DNA of 62,265 nt, counting the filler, from Trichosphaerium sp. ATCC 40318 (lineage: Eukaryota > Protista > Tubulinea): NCBI GenBank assembly GCA_038496445.1. It is 3 parts of 3 records of this genome, joined end to end, with 100 filler letters (N's around TTAATTAATTAA, not from the genome) between each part and the next. Parts side by side here need not be neighbours in the genome. Positions count along the whole stretch, not along the records: positions 1 to 20,654 come from JALMLS010000410.1; 2 more parts are not named here. The stretch is one strand, 5' to 3'. A program made the translations under genes and the position numbers. The notes below the pieces were generated by a model. It was not told where the DNA came from, made no database searches, and saw only the letters and a list, made by a program, of their open reading frames with translations. Position 1 is the first letter of the stretch; each line of letters starts with the position of its first letter. Below, in pieces: positions 1 through 13,713 of this stretch.

Positions 1-2954
1 CGTGGATGATGTCCTTTGTTATAGTCGTCCACGAAGACAAAACATTTCGAATGACTGGTCCGTTTATAATGACGACACCAGATATCGTTATGAGCATACG
101 GTTGAATATAATAGGAGAGAATAGTATGTATGTTATAAAGAATAGTAAATGAGTAAGCCATCGAGTAAGTGTTGGTACAAAACTCAAGAACCAAAAAGCG
201 CGAATGAACCAAGGATAAACTAGGAAAAAAGTGAGATTTCTTCCATGACACAAAAGTGTTCATTGTTGTATTATTTTTTTACCTTTACGATGTAGAATCC
301 ATCTCTGTGCACTACGTAAACAACCAAAACAACATAATCCACCACTTGAGCATTTCTTGGCATCCTTTGGGATAAAACTGCACAAATTATCGAGAATGAT
401 AAAAAGCCCATATCCCAAGATCCACAAGCAATCTAGTGCTACTTCTATACCCTAAAAAACAATATTAATCATCTACACGTGTAATAACATTTTAAGATTT
501 CATAAAACACGTGCCAGAATTATTTTAACAGGAAGCTGAGATTCGATATCGTAAATTTTTAGAGAAGAAATAACGGAGAATAAAGGAAGAACACCAAATA
601 GGCCAAAGTATATTGTAATTGAATAAATGTACTTTAGTACATTATCTCTCTCACAACTCCATGCATTAAAGGAACAACAGCAACTAAACAACAAGCAAAG
701 TGAGATATAATTTGAAGCAAAAACAAAGGAGTGATGGAATACTCTTTTGAAACAAAAAAAAGTAGGAAAAAAAAAAGATATGTTGACGTTTGTTTCGTAC
801 CATTTTTTTTTCTTGTCTGGTGCTCCTGTCACTTGTAGTTCTACCTCTTTTCTTATATCAATACTATCGTTTAATTTTGTTTTCATGTAATCATACTCTT
901 CTGAAGAACGACAACAACGCCAACAACAAGTACAAAATCTTGTTGTGAATACTTTGAAAAAATGAAATTGCTGAGAAAGTTCGTCTTTAGCAAGACGTTC
1001 ACCAACTGCATATGCAATAAATAGAGCTAAAACAAACGACACAATATAAAAGAATATTGTTCCGAACGTTCCCTTGACAGGGTCTCTAATGGTACACTCT
1101 GAAAGCTAAAAAGATGTGAGGAATGCAAACAAAAAAACTGCCAAAAAAACTGCCAAACAAATGAACTTGTACCTGCTTTTTACAACAATAAAGGGCGTCG
1201 CCATCACCCCTGTAACACGATGTAAATCGTGAAGGTAAGTAAGATAAGAATGGTGTGTCTTTAGTAAGAACAGGTTCTACTTCGCTATCTTCTTGGTATT
1301 CATGCATGCGGAACAACACCTACAACACAAAAATTAAAAAAGTTGTTAAAAGATGTAAATTAAAAAAGTACACTTAGGCCCCAACCTCCTATCAGTTGCC
1401 GTCTTTTCAATTCAGGGATAGAATCACATAACGGCTATAAAGAGAAAGGTTAAATAAGTAATATTACTAATAAGTTATACCTTGCGAAGCTTGAAGTCTA
1501 TATCAAGAGCGGGAAGAGATTTTGGAAAATGTCCATAAGACATAAAATCAACAAAATCAGCTGCAGCTTCCAACTCAACAAACGCAGTAAATAGCCATCT
1601 AGCGTATACTGTCTACAAATAAAGTTGTTACTAGGCGCATGCGTAATACATTTTTGAGACATACCTCATTCATGGTATCCATGACGTTAATTCTTAATTC
1701 TGAAATATCAGAAATTGTAGGAAGCTGTGCCACGAAGTCGTCCATTGTTTCTGTAGGTACCATGAAATCTTCAAATTCCTGAATATCGTATATATCTAAT
1801 TCAGCTTTATTGTTGCCACCTGATAGTGACCAGCAACCGTAGTCTCCTAAAGACAACTATAAATACAACAAAAGTTTGTACCTGATTTTTTGATTTTCCC
1901 AAAAAAAGGTTGATTTATCGTACGCTTGTCAACAGCCACTACTTCAGTTACATAAGCGGCTAAGAACCCATCTTCTCCGTAAAGGAACAATGCTAGATGG
2001 TATGATCCACTTTTAGGAAATGATACAGTCCACTGTTCACTCATTGTGAAGTTTTGTGTAGTTGTTTCAGTGCCTTCGTGAACTTGCACTTTAAGTACAA
2101 GGTTACCTAATAGAACATTAACGGCAAACCGAAATAAGAAGTGACAAGACAAAAATATTGATGTAGTACCTGTAGAAGGTATAGGATGCTTCTGATGAGA
2201 AGAATCATACAACAGTACATTCATAGGTAAATCTCTTTCTGAAGGCATATGTACAACGTTTTTTCTATCAGTCCATACATCAGTATCATTGAAGGTAACA
2301 TTGAGGTATCTAGGGATTCCTGCACGTTTGAGAGTATTAGGTTATAACAATCATACCGGGAGAGTAGTCAAATTAAATTAAATGGTAGCTCGTACCTGAC
2401 TTTACAAGTTCAATTGTAAATAAAGTTGTGATTGGAATTAAAGTTGGTTTACTTGTAATTCGTAGTCTGAAGCTTACACCAACCTCTCCAGTGAATAATA
2501 GTTCTACGAATATGTAAATAATAAATTGAAAGGATCTTCATTATATAAGATGCTCGTACTAGGGAATGAGACTGTTCCGTTTGATTGCATAATTGCTTTA
2601 TTTCCATAAGCTGTAACTTCAATACCCTCTGATACAATTGGCTCTATAATGATTTCTATACCTTCTACACTACTACCAGTCTCTGTATTACCTACTCGAT
2701 AATTAATATTCACGTGTATAATTGAGCATTCGCCTAAAAAAGAAAGTTCGGTTTCAGGATTTTTTTGTACCAAGTTTGTCTTTGACGAAAACTGTTAAAG
2801 GCGTTTCCTCAAAGGAAAGACGTTCTTCGACAGGTAGAACTACTAGAAATTGATCATGATTGTGTGGTGAGTATCCAAGGTGCGTTGCTTGGGTCGTTAA
2901 TGAGCCATACGCCAAAATGAGCACCAAAGCAAAGATTAACGCTTTTGACGCCAT
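1..2954 (-). CDS. Multi-exon secreted/membrane protein of unknown function (runs off the left edge)
   Basis: Signal-peptide-like start MASKALIFALVLILAYGSLTT (ATG at 2954); series of minus-strand ORF pieces separated by GT-AG introns; several hydrophobic TM-like segments at 1-1090. Confidence 0.55.
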
Positions 2955-3668
2955 TTTCTACTACCAGTGGTTTGTTAGAGAGCTCACACGGACAAGGAAA
3001 AGAAATAAACCCATTTCGCGCTAAAAGGTAGATGATACCGAAGGTACGCCCTCAAACGTTATAATAACTGCGCTTACTACGCAACCATTTACAGTTGAAA
3101 ATACGTACTTCGCGCTTTATTTTCCCGCTATATTAATTGCAGCGCGTACAGTGCCACTACAGGTTCTATTGATAAAGTAAAAGGCCAGTCTGAAAAAGTC
3201 TGTCAAAGCCTGTGGCATCATCGCCTAATATAGCTTCAAAGCTTGTTAGTACACACAGCGCTAGCGTTCTTTGTACTGCCAAACCGTCTACGCCAAATTC
3301 CGCTAGTTGAAATATTTTCGCCCAAACAGCGTCAAACACGTCGCGATAGGTGCCAAAAGCAATATACGCTCTTTCTCTTACTGAGTAAAACACTATAACT
3401 ACACGGAGATAAAACCAGGTCTGATCTTCCCAAAAAAATAGCTCCATCTATTGCTTGACGGTTGCGTACACTTCATGTGCTTAAAATAGACTTTTACGTT
3501 GAGCTCAAAAGCGAATTTATCACAAGTTCTTTACAGCACTCCAGAGTTACTCACTACGTCAAAACGAAACAATCACGTGATATTTCGCTTTTTGTTTTTT
3601 GTACTCGGTTTTTTTTCTTCGCTTCTTTAAACAAGTACACAATACAATCATTTCAAGCTTCCACCGCT

Positions 3669-6460
3669 ATGGCAACAAACGATAATGAACGAGGTCTTCC
3701 TCCCGTACCTGTGGAGGACGGTAGCCGCGCCCTTCCAGCAGCTCCAGACGACGCACGTGCTACGCCTCCACAAGACGATACGTACCAAAGCAGTGGTTAC
3801 AAAGAACCGCTTTCAGCCATTCAAACTGCGAGCCCTGCTTCTACAAATCCTATTCCTGCTACTAGCGGAGGTTATAGAAAATCAAAAGGCTGTTGTAGTA
3901 CCCTAGGCGACTACTGGACCAACGAGGGAGTCAAAGTGATATTTATTAGCATTTATGTAATTGTAAACCTTATTTTGATTGTAGAGCGCTATCATTGTAC
4001 GCTAGTGTTTACTACGAACTACAGTATTACTCACACGTATTAGTTTATTGGTTTAGACAAACTGCGGCTGATTTACCAGGGAATAGTACGATTACACCTT
4101 TCGATGTACGTTACGAAGAAATATAAAGCGCTAGCGCTCTGTTTAAAGAAGTTCATGTTAAAGACTTTACGAAAAGGGTTTTGACAACTTCTTATTTTAG
4201 GTTCTTGGTCACGGATTATGCGTAGCACGTGGTACAGCTGCTGCTATTAAGTTTAACTGCGCGTTTCTACTGATTTGCGTACTTAGAAACTTTTTATCTT
4301 TGTACGTGTTTTTCGAAAATTACGTTTTTTTTTTTTCCATGTTAGTGGCTTCTGACTGTTGTCACAGCCTTCGAGGTTCGTTTGTGGGAACGTACCTTCC
4401 CATCGATAAAAATATTGTGCTTCACAAATATATTGCGTGGTTTACCCTTATACTGGTTACACTTCATTCTGGGGCTCATTTCATCAATTTCTTTCGAGTT
4501 ACAGATGGCCGTGCTACAGCTGATGAATTACGTGCTTTGAACCTTGGTACTACGCCTGTCTCGTATTGGATAGTGGTATGTGCCTTCAAGCAGCCAGAAA
4601 AAAAATGCGAAAGTAACACGTAAAACGTGATACCTCTACACGTTTTTATTTTTACAAGCGACGTCAACAAGCACAGCTAGCGCTATCGCTTGTGAATTCG
4701 TTTCCTAGTGCTCCGGTTTTTTGTAGACTAACTCTGTTTTTTTAACTCCAGGTTGGTACTCGATTGCCTGGTATTACTGGCGTTATTACTAGTATCATTA
4801 TGATTCTAATGTATACATCTGCTGTCGAGTATGTTAGAAGTAATATGTTTGAGGCTTTTTGGTATACACATCATCTATTTATACTATTCTATGGTCTTAT
4901 TGCGGCGCATGGTACACATCTTAGTTCACAAATATAAAAAGCCAGTGCTTTTTCTTTAGAGATTTCGCTATCGCTTTTGCGTACTCCAGAAAACAATAAC
5001 AACAAGAAAACAGTGTCTTTGTGAGATTGTAAAACTGTTGTAAACGGTTTTTTTTGTAAAAATCAAACTAATCTCCTACTCTAGGTCAACTCGAGTTACT
5101 GGAGAGATCTAGCTTCTGGCTTTGGACTTTTGGACCTTTTGTATTCTATTGCCTTGAGAGATTAGTCAGGCTTATACGTGGTTCTCAAAAGACGATTATT
5201 TTAAAAGCTATACAGCATCCTTCGCGAGTTGTAGAGCTTAGAATGCGTAAAGTCAGTTTCAACTACCAACCAGGTCAATACGTATTTTTGCAGTGCCCTT
5301 TCATTGCTAACTACGAATGGCATCCTTTTACTATCAGTAGTAGCCCTGATGAAGATTTCTTGTCTGTACATATTCGCGTAAGTGGTTTTTCATCTACGCG
5401 ACAAATACTTCTCTTTAATCTCATTTTGGGGTGGTTTTTACTTCTATGCTTATATGCTAACTGTGCTCTTAGGTTGTTGGTGATTGGACAGGAGAACTTG
5501 CAAAACTTCTCAATCCTAACGGAGATATGGGCGTAGTGCAAGAGAACATGATTACAGCTCCAAATGGAACGCCTATCATGCTTATAGATGGTCCATATGG
5601 TGCTGCATCCGAAGACTTTTACAAGTTTAAGAATTTGATGTTATTCTCTGCTGGTATTGGTGTTACACCTATGGCATCCATCCTAAAGGATATGTACTAT
5701 CAGATGAACAATGGAAACCTAGTAATCAACAAAGTTCACTTTTATTGGAGTAACAGAGATCGTCATGCTTTCGAATGGTTTATTGATATTCTTACAAGTA
5801 CGTTTTTTACGTGCTACGTTTTTCTTTATGTCGTCAACAAAAACTGCCTTAACCACTCATCACTTAACATTTCAACAATCGTTCTTACAGAAATTGCACT
5901 ATGTATTTAAAAAAAACGGAGTTGGTGTATTTTTAGAGGGAAATCTGAGTTTTATTCAAAGTCACGTGATTTTTTCTAATCGTTATGTCTAGACATGGAA
6001 AAAAAAGCAGGGATTGATTTCATTGAGATAAATATATACCTCACATCCAGGCTTTCGCCTGATCAAATTAAATCTGTCATGGCTGCTGGTGATGATGTAC
6101 CTGATCAAGTAACAGGGTACTACATTTTTTCCTATTTTTTTCTTTGCTTTTTTGGAACTACAAAAAACCAATCGTACTGAAGTCGGACCTGTGCTAAGTT
6201 TTAATTTTGAACTACGTAATAGTTGTGTTATTGTTTGAGCTTCTTTTTTGTTGATTTTTTATTTAAGGCTTGAAGCAAGAACGAATTATCATCGTCCTAA
6301 GATTGATCAAATATTCCGTCAACAAGAACAAAGATACAAAGGACAAAAAGTAGGTGTATTCTTCTGTGGACCTCCTGTATTTTCTAAAAAACTGAACGCT
6401 GCTGCTAAAAAGTATACAAGACATGGTACTAAATTTGTATACCACAAGGAGAATTTCTAA
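3669..6460 (+). CDS. nox: NADPH oxidase catalytic subunit (gp91phox/Nox family), multi-exon
   Basis: Haem histidines (HKYIAW..LHSGAHFINF; FEAFWYTHHLF..AHG), FAD motif EWHPFTISS, IDGPYG, SAGIGVTP, FFCGPP and terminal HKENF; about 80-aa low-complexity N-terminal extension. Confidence 0.95.
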
Positions 6461-6830
6461 GTTAGTTACAAAGTACAAATTTGACCCAACCATATAATGT
6501 ATAATAAAGCCCATTAAGTTGACTCTTAATTTTAATTTTGAACGATGACGGGTTCAATGGCTTGTGGTGTTTATGGTAAAATACAACCTCTTTAGAAGTC
6601 ACTTCGATAAAATTTATCTGAAATGTGGCGATGTTTCGGCCTAAAGTTCAATGAAAGCTCGTTGGTTGTAACGCTTGCTACCTAAGCCAACTTATCAGAA
6701 GATAACTCAGAACAACACCAATACTCCAGGAGTATAAGGAGAAGACTCACCAAGAGTAACAACACAAGGTAGCGGCATCTGAAGTAAAATAACTGCTTGT
6801 GTAATAAAGCAATACTAAAACCTTTACAGT

Positions 6831-9800
6831 ATGACTTCAACGAGCATCTCAACTATTCCTACAGAGTTATTACATGATATATGCGCTGTAGCATCTGGAA
6901 AAGATTTACTAACAATATCTGCGTTAACTACACGCTTCGTTGACGCCTCAGGTAATTAAAACTGTTTTAACATGAATAATAACTTTAATCGTTTAGAATC
7001 GGCTTTCAGGCAAAAAATCAATAAGAAACTACAAAGACAGGTACTTCCACGCCCACTGACATTCTTAAATAGACAATAACAACAAATCGTTAACGTTTTT
7101 TTTTCTCATTCAAGCCGACACCTTCTGAGACCTGGAAAATGCAGTATTTTTGCCTACAGCACTTGTATTGTACTCATAAATCGAAAGGATGGAGAGGGCA
7201 AGAAATAAGTATTTTTCCAGATGGTACAGCGGTTATTTGAACTGAATTATTGTAAAAACCTTAAGGGCTCTTTATAATATTTATTTGACAGAGAGGGAAA
7301 TATCCCCACCTTTTAGGGAAATATCCCGTAGTGTGGATTTTTCCGAGTGCTGGTACTTTTTTTTTCTTCTTTTTTTTCAGATTCTGCACTACTACATACT
7401 AATTAAGCGGTTGGAAGAACTTTGAGCGATAGGTAACAGTGAGTAACCACATTATAGTGCCAACTCTTTTTTACACTGATTTTTTTTGGTACTACATCAT
7501 TTCATTTGTACCTTGACATCCTCAATACATTAGTTGTTGGTTTTTTCGCCTATGACAAAACTGGCAATTTGAAGCACAAAGAACTTAACAATGGACTATG
7601 GCATAATTCTGTAAGGACACAATTTATCGTAATTTACTTTATTATTTTTTGGTACAATAAAACAAGCTCCCTCAATCCTTCAATGTACTGTTAATCCGTG
7701 TTGTTTGCTTGGCTGTGATAGGTTATTGAGCTGTTATTGAAGTTGACAATAGTAGATTAGTAGTTGTGTAATTAAACAAGAATCTTACCAAATCTCTGAA
7801 TATACGATAGTAAAAAAAAAAAACCACGTGATTGCAGTGAGTTTAAATCACAAATAATTTTTGAGTATGAAAACGTACCTTTACCACTGGCATCATGTAT
7901 TTCAGACCTTATATCCCGAGAATTTAATTTATACTTGTATTTTCAACTTTTATCTTTCGTGAGTGTGAGAGTGTAATTATTGGTGTTGATTACATGACTA
8001 GTTGGAGTAAGTAACAAGTTGTTGTCATTTTGATCAAAAAGTACATAAACACCTTTGCTGCGCGTAGGGTTATGTGTTGATGTGGATATAAGCATGTTTC
8101 AAATTAAAACTACAACAAATTGTTATAAAGCTTCTTATGAGGGTTATTACGTTGACTACGTACTATGGGAACAAAAAATAGACAATACTGAGTTTTTTTA
8201 AGTGATTTGGGGAGTATAACACGTCAAACCAAAAAAACCTTATTGCAGTGTTTGGTGGCTTCTTGTGGCTGCTTTTCTGTGGTCCTTGTGTACTTTAAGC
8301 TGGTTAATTATCAAAACTGACTTATTAGCTATTCTCGGCACATCAATGGAAGAAGTGGTACCGGTAACACAATTGCCGTTGTTGCTGAACCACATACATG
8401 CGACTAAGACAAACTATAATGCACATTGGAAGCTAGAAACTAAAAAAAAGAAGGTTCAAACTCTTCGTTGTGGAAATGGAATCAAAAAGCAAACGGGTGT
8501 ATTAGGAGGTCCTTGCTTTAGCAACCCAAGATTCGCGGGAAAAGAAGCTCTTTCTTATTTTAAAATTCCAGCTGAACTTGCCGATAGAAAGAGAATTATG
8601 TGCAAAGAAGTCTTATTTTGCAATAGCTGCACCAACTGTAGTTGTAAGCTCACATGGACCATTTATTGCAATTCACAAGAAGAAGCCACCATTAAAATAA
8701 CTGGAGTACATGATTTAGCCTCTTTCCAGGCGAGAGAATCTATTCCTGAAGACTATTTTTTATACTTGGTGCGTTTTGGTTTTATTTGTTTAATTTCCGT
8801 GCTAAATTTAGTAGGCACGTAAAAAGTTGATTGAGGAAGATGAATATGGTACTTCAGAACGTTATGGTCGTGTCAAGCCAAGTGACTTTGATGACACTTT
8901 ACGAAAAATGAGACGTCAATTAAAGCGAGATAAATTAATTGTTGATGAAGAAGATAAGAAGTGGATAATTGATCAAAGCACAGTACATGACTGGCTCAAA
9001 AGTAATCAAAAGACTCCTCCGTAAGTTCCCCGAAAACAACAAACTAAACAAACATTAACTCACACAAGGTCTGAAAATATCATTCAAGAGCTGCGCAATT
9101 TTCTACAGGACCCTGTTAACAAACCATACATTGTGTACCCAGTTTTAGATGAATTTCGGCCCTCTGAAGACAAAAGCAACTTTGCAGTAGTTTTAGCTAC
9201 AGCAGAGTCATTAAAACTGCTAGCCAAGTATGGCCAGGGCGTGATTGGCATTGACAGTGTGTACAAATTTAATGCGTACTCATTTCCAATCTGGGGTGTG
9301 GTTTGTGAAGAACCTAAAACAGGAAGAGGCATTTTGTGTGCTTTATGCATTGCATCTAGCAGTAAAGCAGGTAATATTGCAGCATTTTTGAAAGCGTTGA
9401 AAGATAAAATGGAACAACTGCCAAATGGTACGTAAAACACGTCTAATAATTAAATAATTTATTGTACAGGCGTAAAAGAATGGAAACCAGTAGTTATGAT
9501 CGATAAAGATAAGGCGGAGAAAAAAGCCATTTTGATGCTGGGTTTGGCGTTTATATTGTGTCAGTTCCATTACCATAGAACGTGGGGCAAAAAAATTGTA
9601 AGTTTGTTCAAATACAGCCATGGCTCTAAAAAATAGTACGTACTGTTTACTTTGCTTTCAAGCTGATATTAGCACAGTGATGAGGTGATGGAACAGCTTT
9701 TGATTCTTGAACGAGCTACTTCTGTTAAAAACTTGAATATTCTAGAACGTGACTTTAAAAAATGGTGCCAAAAACGTACAAAATCATGGACTACGAATGC

Positions 9801-11412
9801 ATCAAAAAAAACTATTGAACCAGCCAACGAATTGTTTTTGTACTTCAAAAAAAATTGGTACGTGCACTTTGAAATAACATCCTAATTTCTCACAGGCTTG
9901 ATAAAGAATGGTGTGCAGCATGGGCTGATTTTGGTCGAAAGAGCCGTGTTGGTTTATATAACACCAACAATAAAATGGAGACACAGTGGAAGCAATTTAT
10001 GACTGTTTATGGTACGTAACAACAAAATAATAGCTAGCTAACTATTCATGAAAAGGATATTCTCAACATCGTTATGGTCTCTCCCGCTGTACAAAAATTA
10101 TGCCAGCAATTCTGGATAATCATTGCATTATTCAGCGAGAGATTGCATTAACTGGAGGCAAACACCTTCGAAAATCAAAAGCCAGGCTTGACAGAACTGC
10201 ACAAGAGAAAAAAGCACGTGAACTTGTTGAAAATGTAAGTATTTTATTTGATTTTGTGTTTTTTAACAGGTTTTACAGCATCATGTGGCTCTTGTTGATG
10301 ATTCCTATGAAGATCATAAGGTGTACACTGTTAAATCACAAACCTACAAACGTGTTAGATATCCTGTAGACTTGAAAATGGGCAGGTGTGGTTGTGGAGG
10401 CTTTAAAGCTTCTGGTAAAGAGTGTAAACACATTATTGCTGTTTCACTTTTTGAGCAAGATTATTCTGCTGAAACAGTTGTACAAGAGCAAGCCATTCAC
10501 GCTTTACATGGTAAGTAACATCAACAGTATATTTAATAATTATTGTAGAGCATGAAGAGAACATTCCTGAGTTAGACAAGGTAACAGCTCGTAAAAATGA
10601 CACTCAAAAACGAAAACGTAAAAATAAGAGAAAAAGAAAGTCAAAAAAAGAGGAAGAACCTGCCTCTCCATCACCCTCACAAGAGTGCTCAGAGTCATCC
10701 AATTCAATCTATTCAAGCGAATCCATGTCTCAATTCTATGTTGAAGACAAAGTGTCAGGTGAACTATCTGAAGTGCCAATTGTGCTACAAGTACAACAAG
10801 GTAAAAAACAATTGTTTTCATAATCTGTTCTCTGACTACTCTTAGCGAAGACATGCTCTACTTCAAAATTGTACAAAGCGATTGCTGCTGGACATGCTAA
10901 AATAACACCACGAAAAAGGACTCAAACACGTCGCTATGGACAAAAGTAAGAACAAGTACAAAAGTGTAAATAAAAACCTAATTAAACGTCACACTGTCAC
11001 AATAATGACACATGTGGGTCTTCTATATATGTAAATCACAGCTATTGCAAGCGGCAATCAAAAAAAAAAAGTAGCAGAGCAGGGAAATATCCACCAGTTG
11101 GGATAATTCCCCAGAAAGTGAGGATATTTCCCACTCTGCATTTATTTGGGTTAGGTACATTTAAAGGATTCTTTATTATTCACCAAGGATGTGGATGGTC
11201 ACATCGTTTTGAATTTGAAGGAACGTCTACATTCTCTTTGGTTGAAAGTGGCGTAAAAGGAACCTTTTTGCCTTCTTCTGTAGTTTACAGCTATCATAGT
11301 AAACGCAAATGGCAAATATGCGAAACAGTAAAAGTAACAGAAAAAAGTAAGTTAATTTAAAAATAATTTTTTTCAATTTTTTGCACTATTTTTAGCGTCG
11401 ACTTGGCTCTAA
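6831..11412 (+). CDS. F-box-like protein, 5 exons, with a MULE inside intron 3
   Basis: MTSTSISTIPTELLHDICAVASGKDLLTISALTTRF (F-box-like). Exon 3 ends ...QEISIFPD-G at about 7223 and resumes in frame after ...GGTTAG at about 11155 as G-TFKGFFIIHQGCGW; stop TAA 11410-11412. Confidence 0.65.
7288..11139 (+). mobile_element. Mutator-like DNA transposon (MULE-1)
   Basis: Imperfect TIRs of about 80 bp (left ACAGAGAGGGAAATATCCCCACC...; right ...GTGAGGATATTTCCCACTCTGC); exact 9-bp TSD ATTTATTTG at 7279-7287 and 11140-11148; internal transposase. Confidence 0.93.
8346..10949 (+). CDS. MULE transposase with SWIM zinc finger, multi-exon
   Basis: DDE motifs IGIDSVYKFN, VVMIDKDKAEKKAI and NTNNKMETQW; CxxH LCQFHYHRTW; SWIM RCGCGGFKASGKECKHIIAV; basic NLS-like stretch KRKRKNKRKRK. 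Confidence 0.9.
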
Positions 11413-12199
11413 TCAATTTTCCGAAAATCTGTGCTAACTGGCCGTGTTTTTATACAAACTTAACAAAGAATTCAAAACACGTGATTTCCTTGACAAACGG
11501 CAGCTGTTTGATCTCAAAATTAGCGGAAAGAGCCATCCAAGAATTAAGGGTTTTTTGCTTATGATTTACCTTCTGTCTAGATAGGAATGTTTTAGTACCA
11601 ACAGAAGGTGGTATGGTTGCGCCTGTAGAATTTAACATAACTTTTACACGCCTTGGTAAGGCTGAAAATGGATGGGATAAGGAAATGAAAGAACAAGCAA
11701 GTGCCGAATAAACTTTTTTCTTATTCACAATTTGATTAACATCCAACTTAGATGATCAGAAAGCATATAGGTGTATTTGGTTGTGGTATGGGATAGCACC
11801 TAGTATTACATAATACCATGCTGTAAAAATAATAAAAAACAAAGAAAATACAGAATGGGGAATCTGGAAGTATAAAGAAGTACTGTTCTCCCACACCATC
11901 AATATTTTGAGCCCTCAGTCTCCGAACACGGACTATAGCACCCCGGCCCTCATTATGGGGAAGATTGGTATTGATGGTGAGAAAAAAACACTTCCATCAA
12001 ACTTCCAGATTTTCCCTTCTAAGTTGTCCACATACCTTCAAAAAAAAGCGCTTGAGTTTAAAATACTTCCAGACAATGCTCCGTCAAGTGAGAACAGCGA
12101 ATTATTGTTGTTCATTGTACAAGTTAAAGACTCGTTTCTTGAAAGTGTTTAAAAGAGAACCCGTTACTTTTTTTTTGCAGACAGTCAAATAAAGTAATT

Positions 12200-12252
12200 A
12201 TCACGTGATAATTAGTGCTTAATTTTTCAGCACGTGATCGGTAACCACGTGA
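12200..12252. promoter_or_regulatory. Cluster of three CACGTG (E-box/G-box) sites upstream of the LRR gene
   Basis: ATCACGTGAT, GCACGTGAT and CCACGTGAC within about 50 bp, 160-210 bp before ATG 12413. Confidence 0.45.
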
Positions 12253-12412
12253 CTACCTTACCAAACTCACAACTCGGTTAACTTTATCAGTTACAACCCC
12301 TAACAGAAACTTATAAGTTCAAGTACGTAAAACATAACCAACGTATTTAACGGATATTAAGGTTAATCAACCACGGTTTGTACATTACGTTTTAGACCAT
12401 TATTTTACCAAA

Positions 12413-13216
12413 ATGGCGGAGAAATACATAAACAACGCTAATTCACACATATTTGACCTTGTTGCGCTTCCAATTGAACTGATAGTTCATATTCTCAAGC
12501 AAGGGAGTTATACACTCCATTCAGCCCAAACTTGTCGCCTTTTGCGAGATATTGTACATAACCATGTTGGATATAATGAAATCCGTATTGACCGTGTAAG
12601 CCAACTGAACATTCTTTCTGGCAGCCCATTACTCCTGAATACACCTATTTATGTGCGCCCTTCAATATCTGATAAGCATTTCAAGATGTTAGCAGGTGTA
12701 CATACAATTGACTTGCGATTTCGTGTAGCAATAATAGATGAAGGTTTAAAGGCATTGGCAGGTGTACATACGATAAATTTATCACTTACAAATGTAACAG
12801 ATGAAGGTTTAAAGGCATTGGCGGGTGTACATACGATACATTTATCATATACAGCTGTAACAGATGAAGGTTTAAAGGCATTGGCGGGTGTATATAAGAT
12901 TGATTTATCACTTACAGCTGTAACAGATGAAGGTTTAAAGGCGTTGGCGGGCGTACATACGATAAATTTATCATTTACAGCTGTAACAGATGAAGGTTTG
13001 AAGGCGTTGGCAGGTGTACATACAATTGAGTTGTACAAGTGTACAGCAGTAACAGATGAAGGTTTAAAGGCATTGGCGGGTGTACATGAGATTGATTTAA
13101 AAGACACAAATGTAACAGATGAAGGTTTAAAGGCATTGGCGGGTGTATATAAGATTGATTTATCACATACAGCTGTAACAGATGAAGGTTTAAAGGCATT
13201 GACGGGGTGTACATGA
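12413..13216 (+). CDS. Intronless F-box-like + LRR protein (21-22 aa repeats) with a frameshifted 3' tail
   Basis: LVALPIELIVHIL..AQTCRLL then 8 repeats ALAGVHTIxLxxTxVTDEGLK. An extra G at about 13205 shifts the ninth repeat; residual LRR coding continues to about 13354. Confidence 0.85.
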   Translation: MAEKYINNANSHIFDLVALPIELIVHILKQGSYTLHSAQTCRLLRDIVHNHVGYNEIRIDRVSQLNILSGSPLLLNTPIYVRPSISDKHFKMLAGVHTIDLRFRVAIIDEGLKALAGVHTINLSLTNVTDEGLKALAGVHTIHLSYTAVTDEGLKALAGVYKIDLSLTAVTDEGLKALAGVHTINLSFTAVTDEGLKALAGVHTIELYKCTAVTDEGLKALAGVHEIDLKDTNVTDEGLKALAGVYKIDLSHTAVTDEGLKALTGCT

Positions 13217-13713
13217 TATTTATTTAGCAGGCACAAAATATGAATACAGGTATGAAGCCATTGGAAGGCGTATGTATAATGGAATTGTAAATCAATAACA
13301 GTTGATGGTATTTTTGCATTGGGAGACAAAGGTGTAGCGATACAATGCAAATAAACAGACTCAGCTCTGAACACTTCAAAATATTTGATAATTGCAGCTT
13401 AAAATTTATACATACAGATTCTTAGAGCTTGTTTATCTTAGTAAACAACCTGGGGTACTTGTAGAAACAACACAAGGAATCTGTAACGCTGTCAGTGTCC
13501 TCTGGCATCAAGAGACCACACCAGTTAAATAACGCTCAATAAACACGTGATGGAATCTGAGCTTTGGAAATATGCAAGGCGATGTAAAAAAGCAGATTTT
13601 GGGCCACCTTTTACGGGTACCAGGTAGCAACTTAAAATGGTTTGTGCCATGCGGCTTAACTTCCTTTTCAACAATTGTGAATCTGTATTTCTTACTAGCG
13701 ATAGGATACATAA

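Noticed and set aside
11450-12192. Short ORFs on both strands between MULE-1 and the LRR gene
   Set aside because: No recognisable motif or consistent exon chain.
12649-13374. Antisense repeat ORFs over LRR genes (also 21733-22161, 58246-58533)
   Set aside because: Shadows of the repetitive sense-strand coding sequence.
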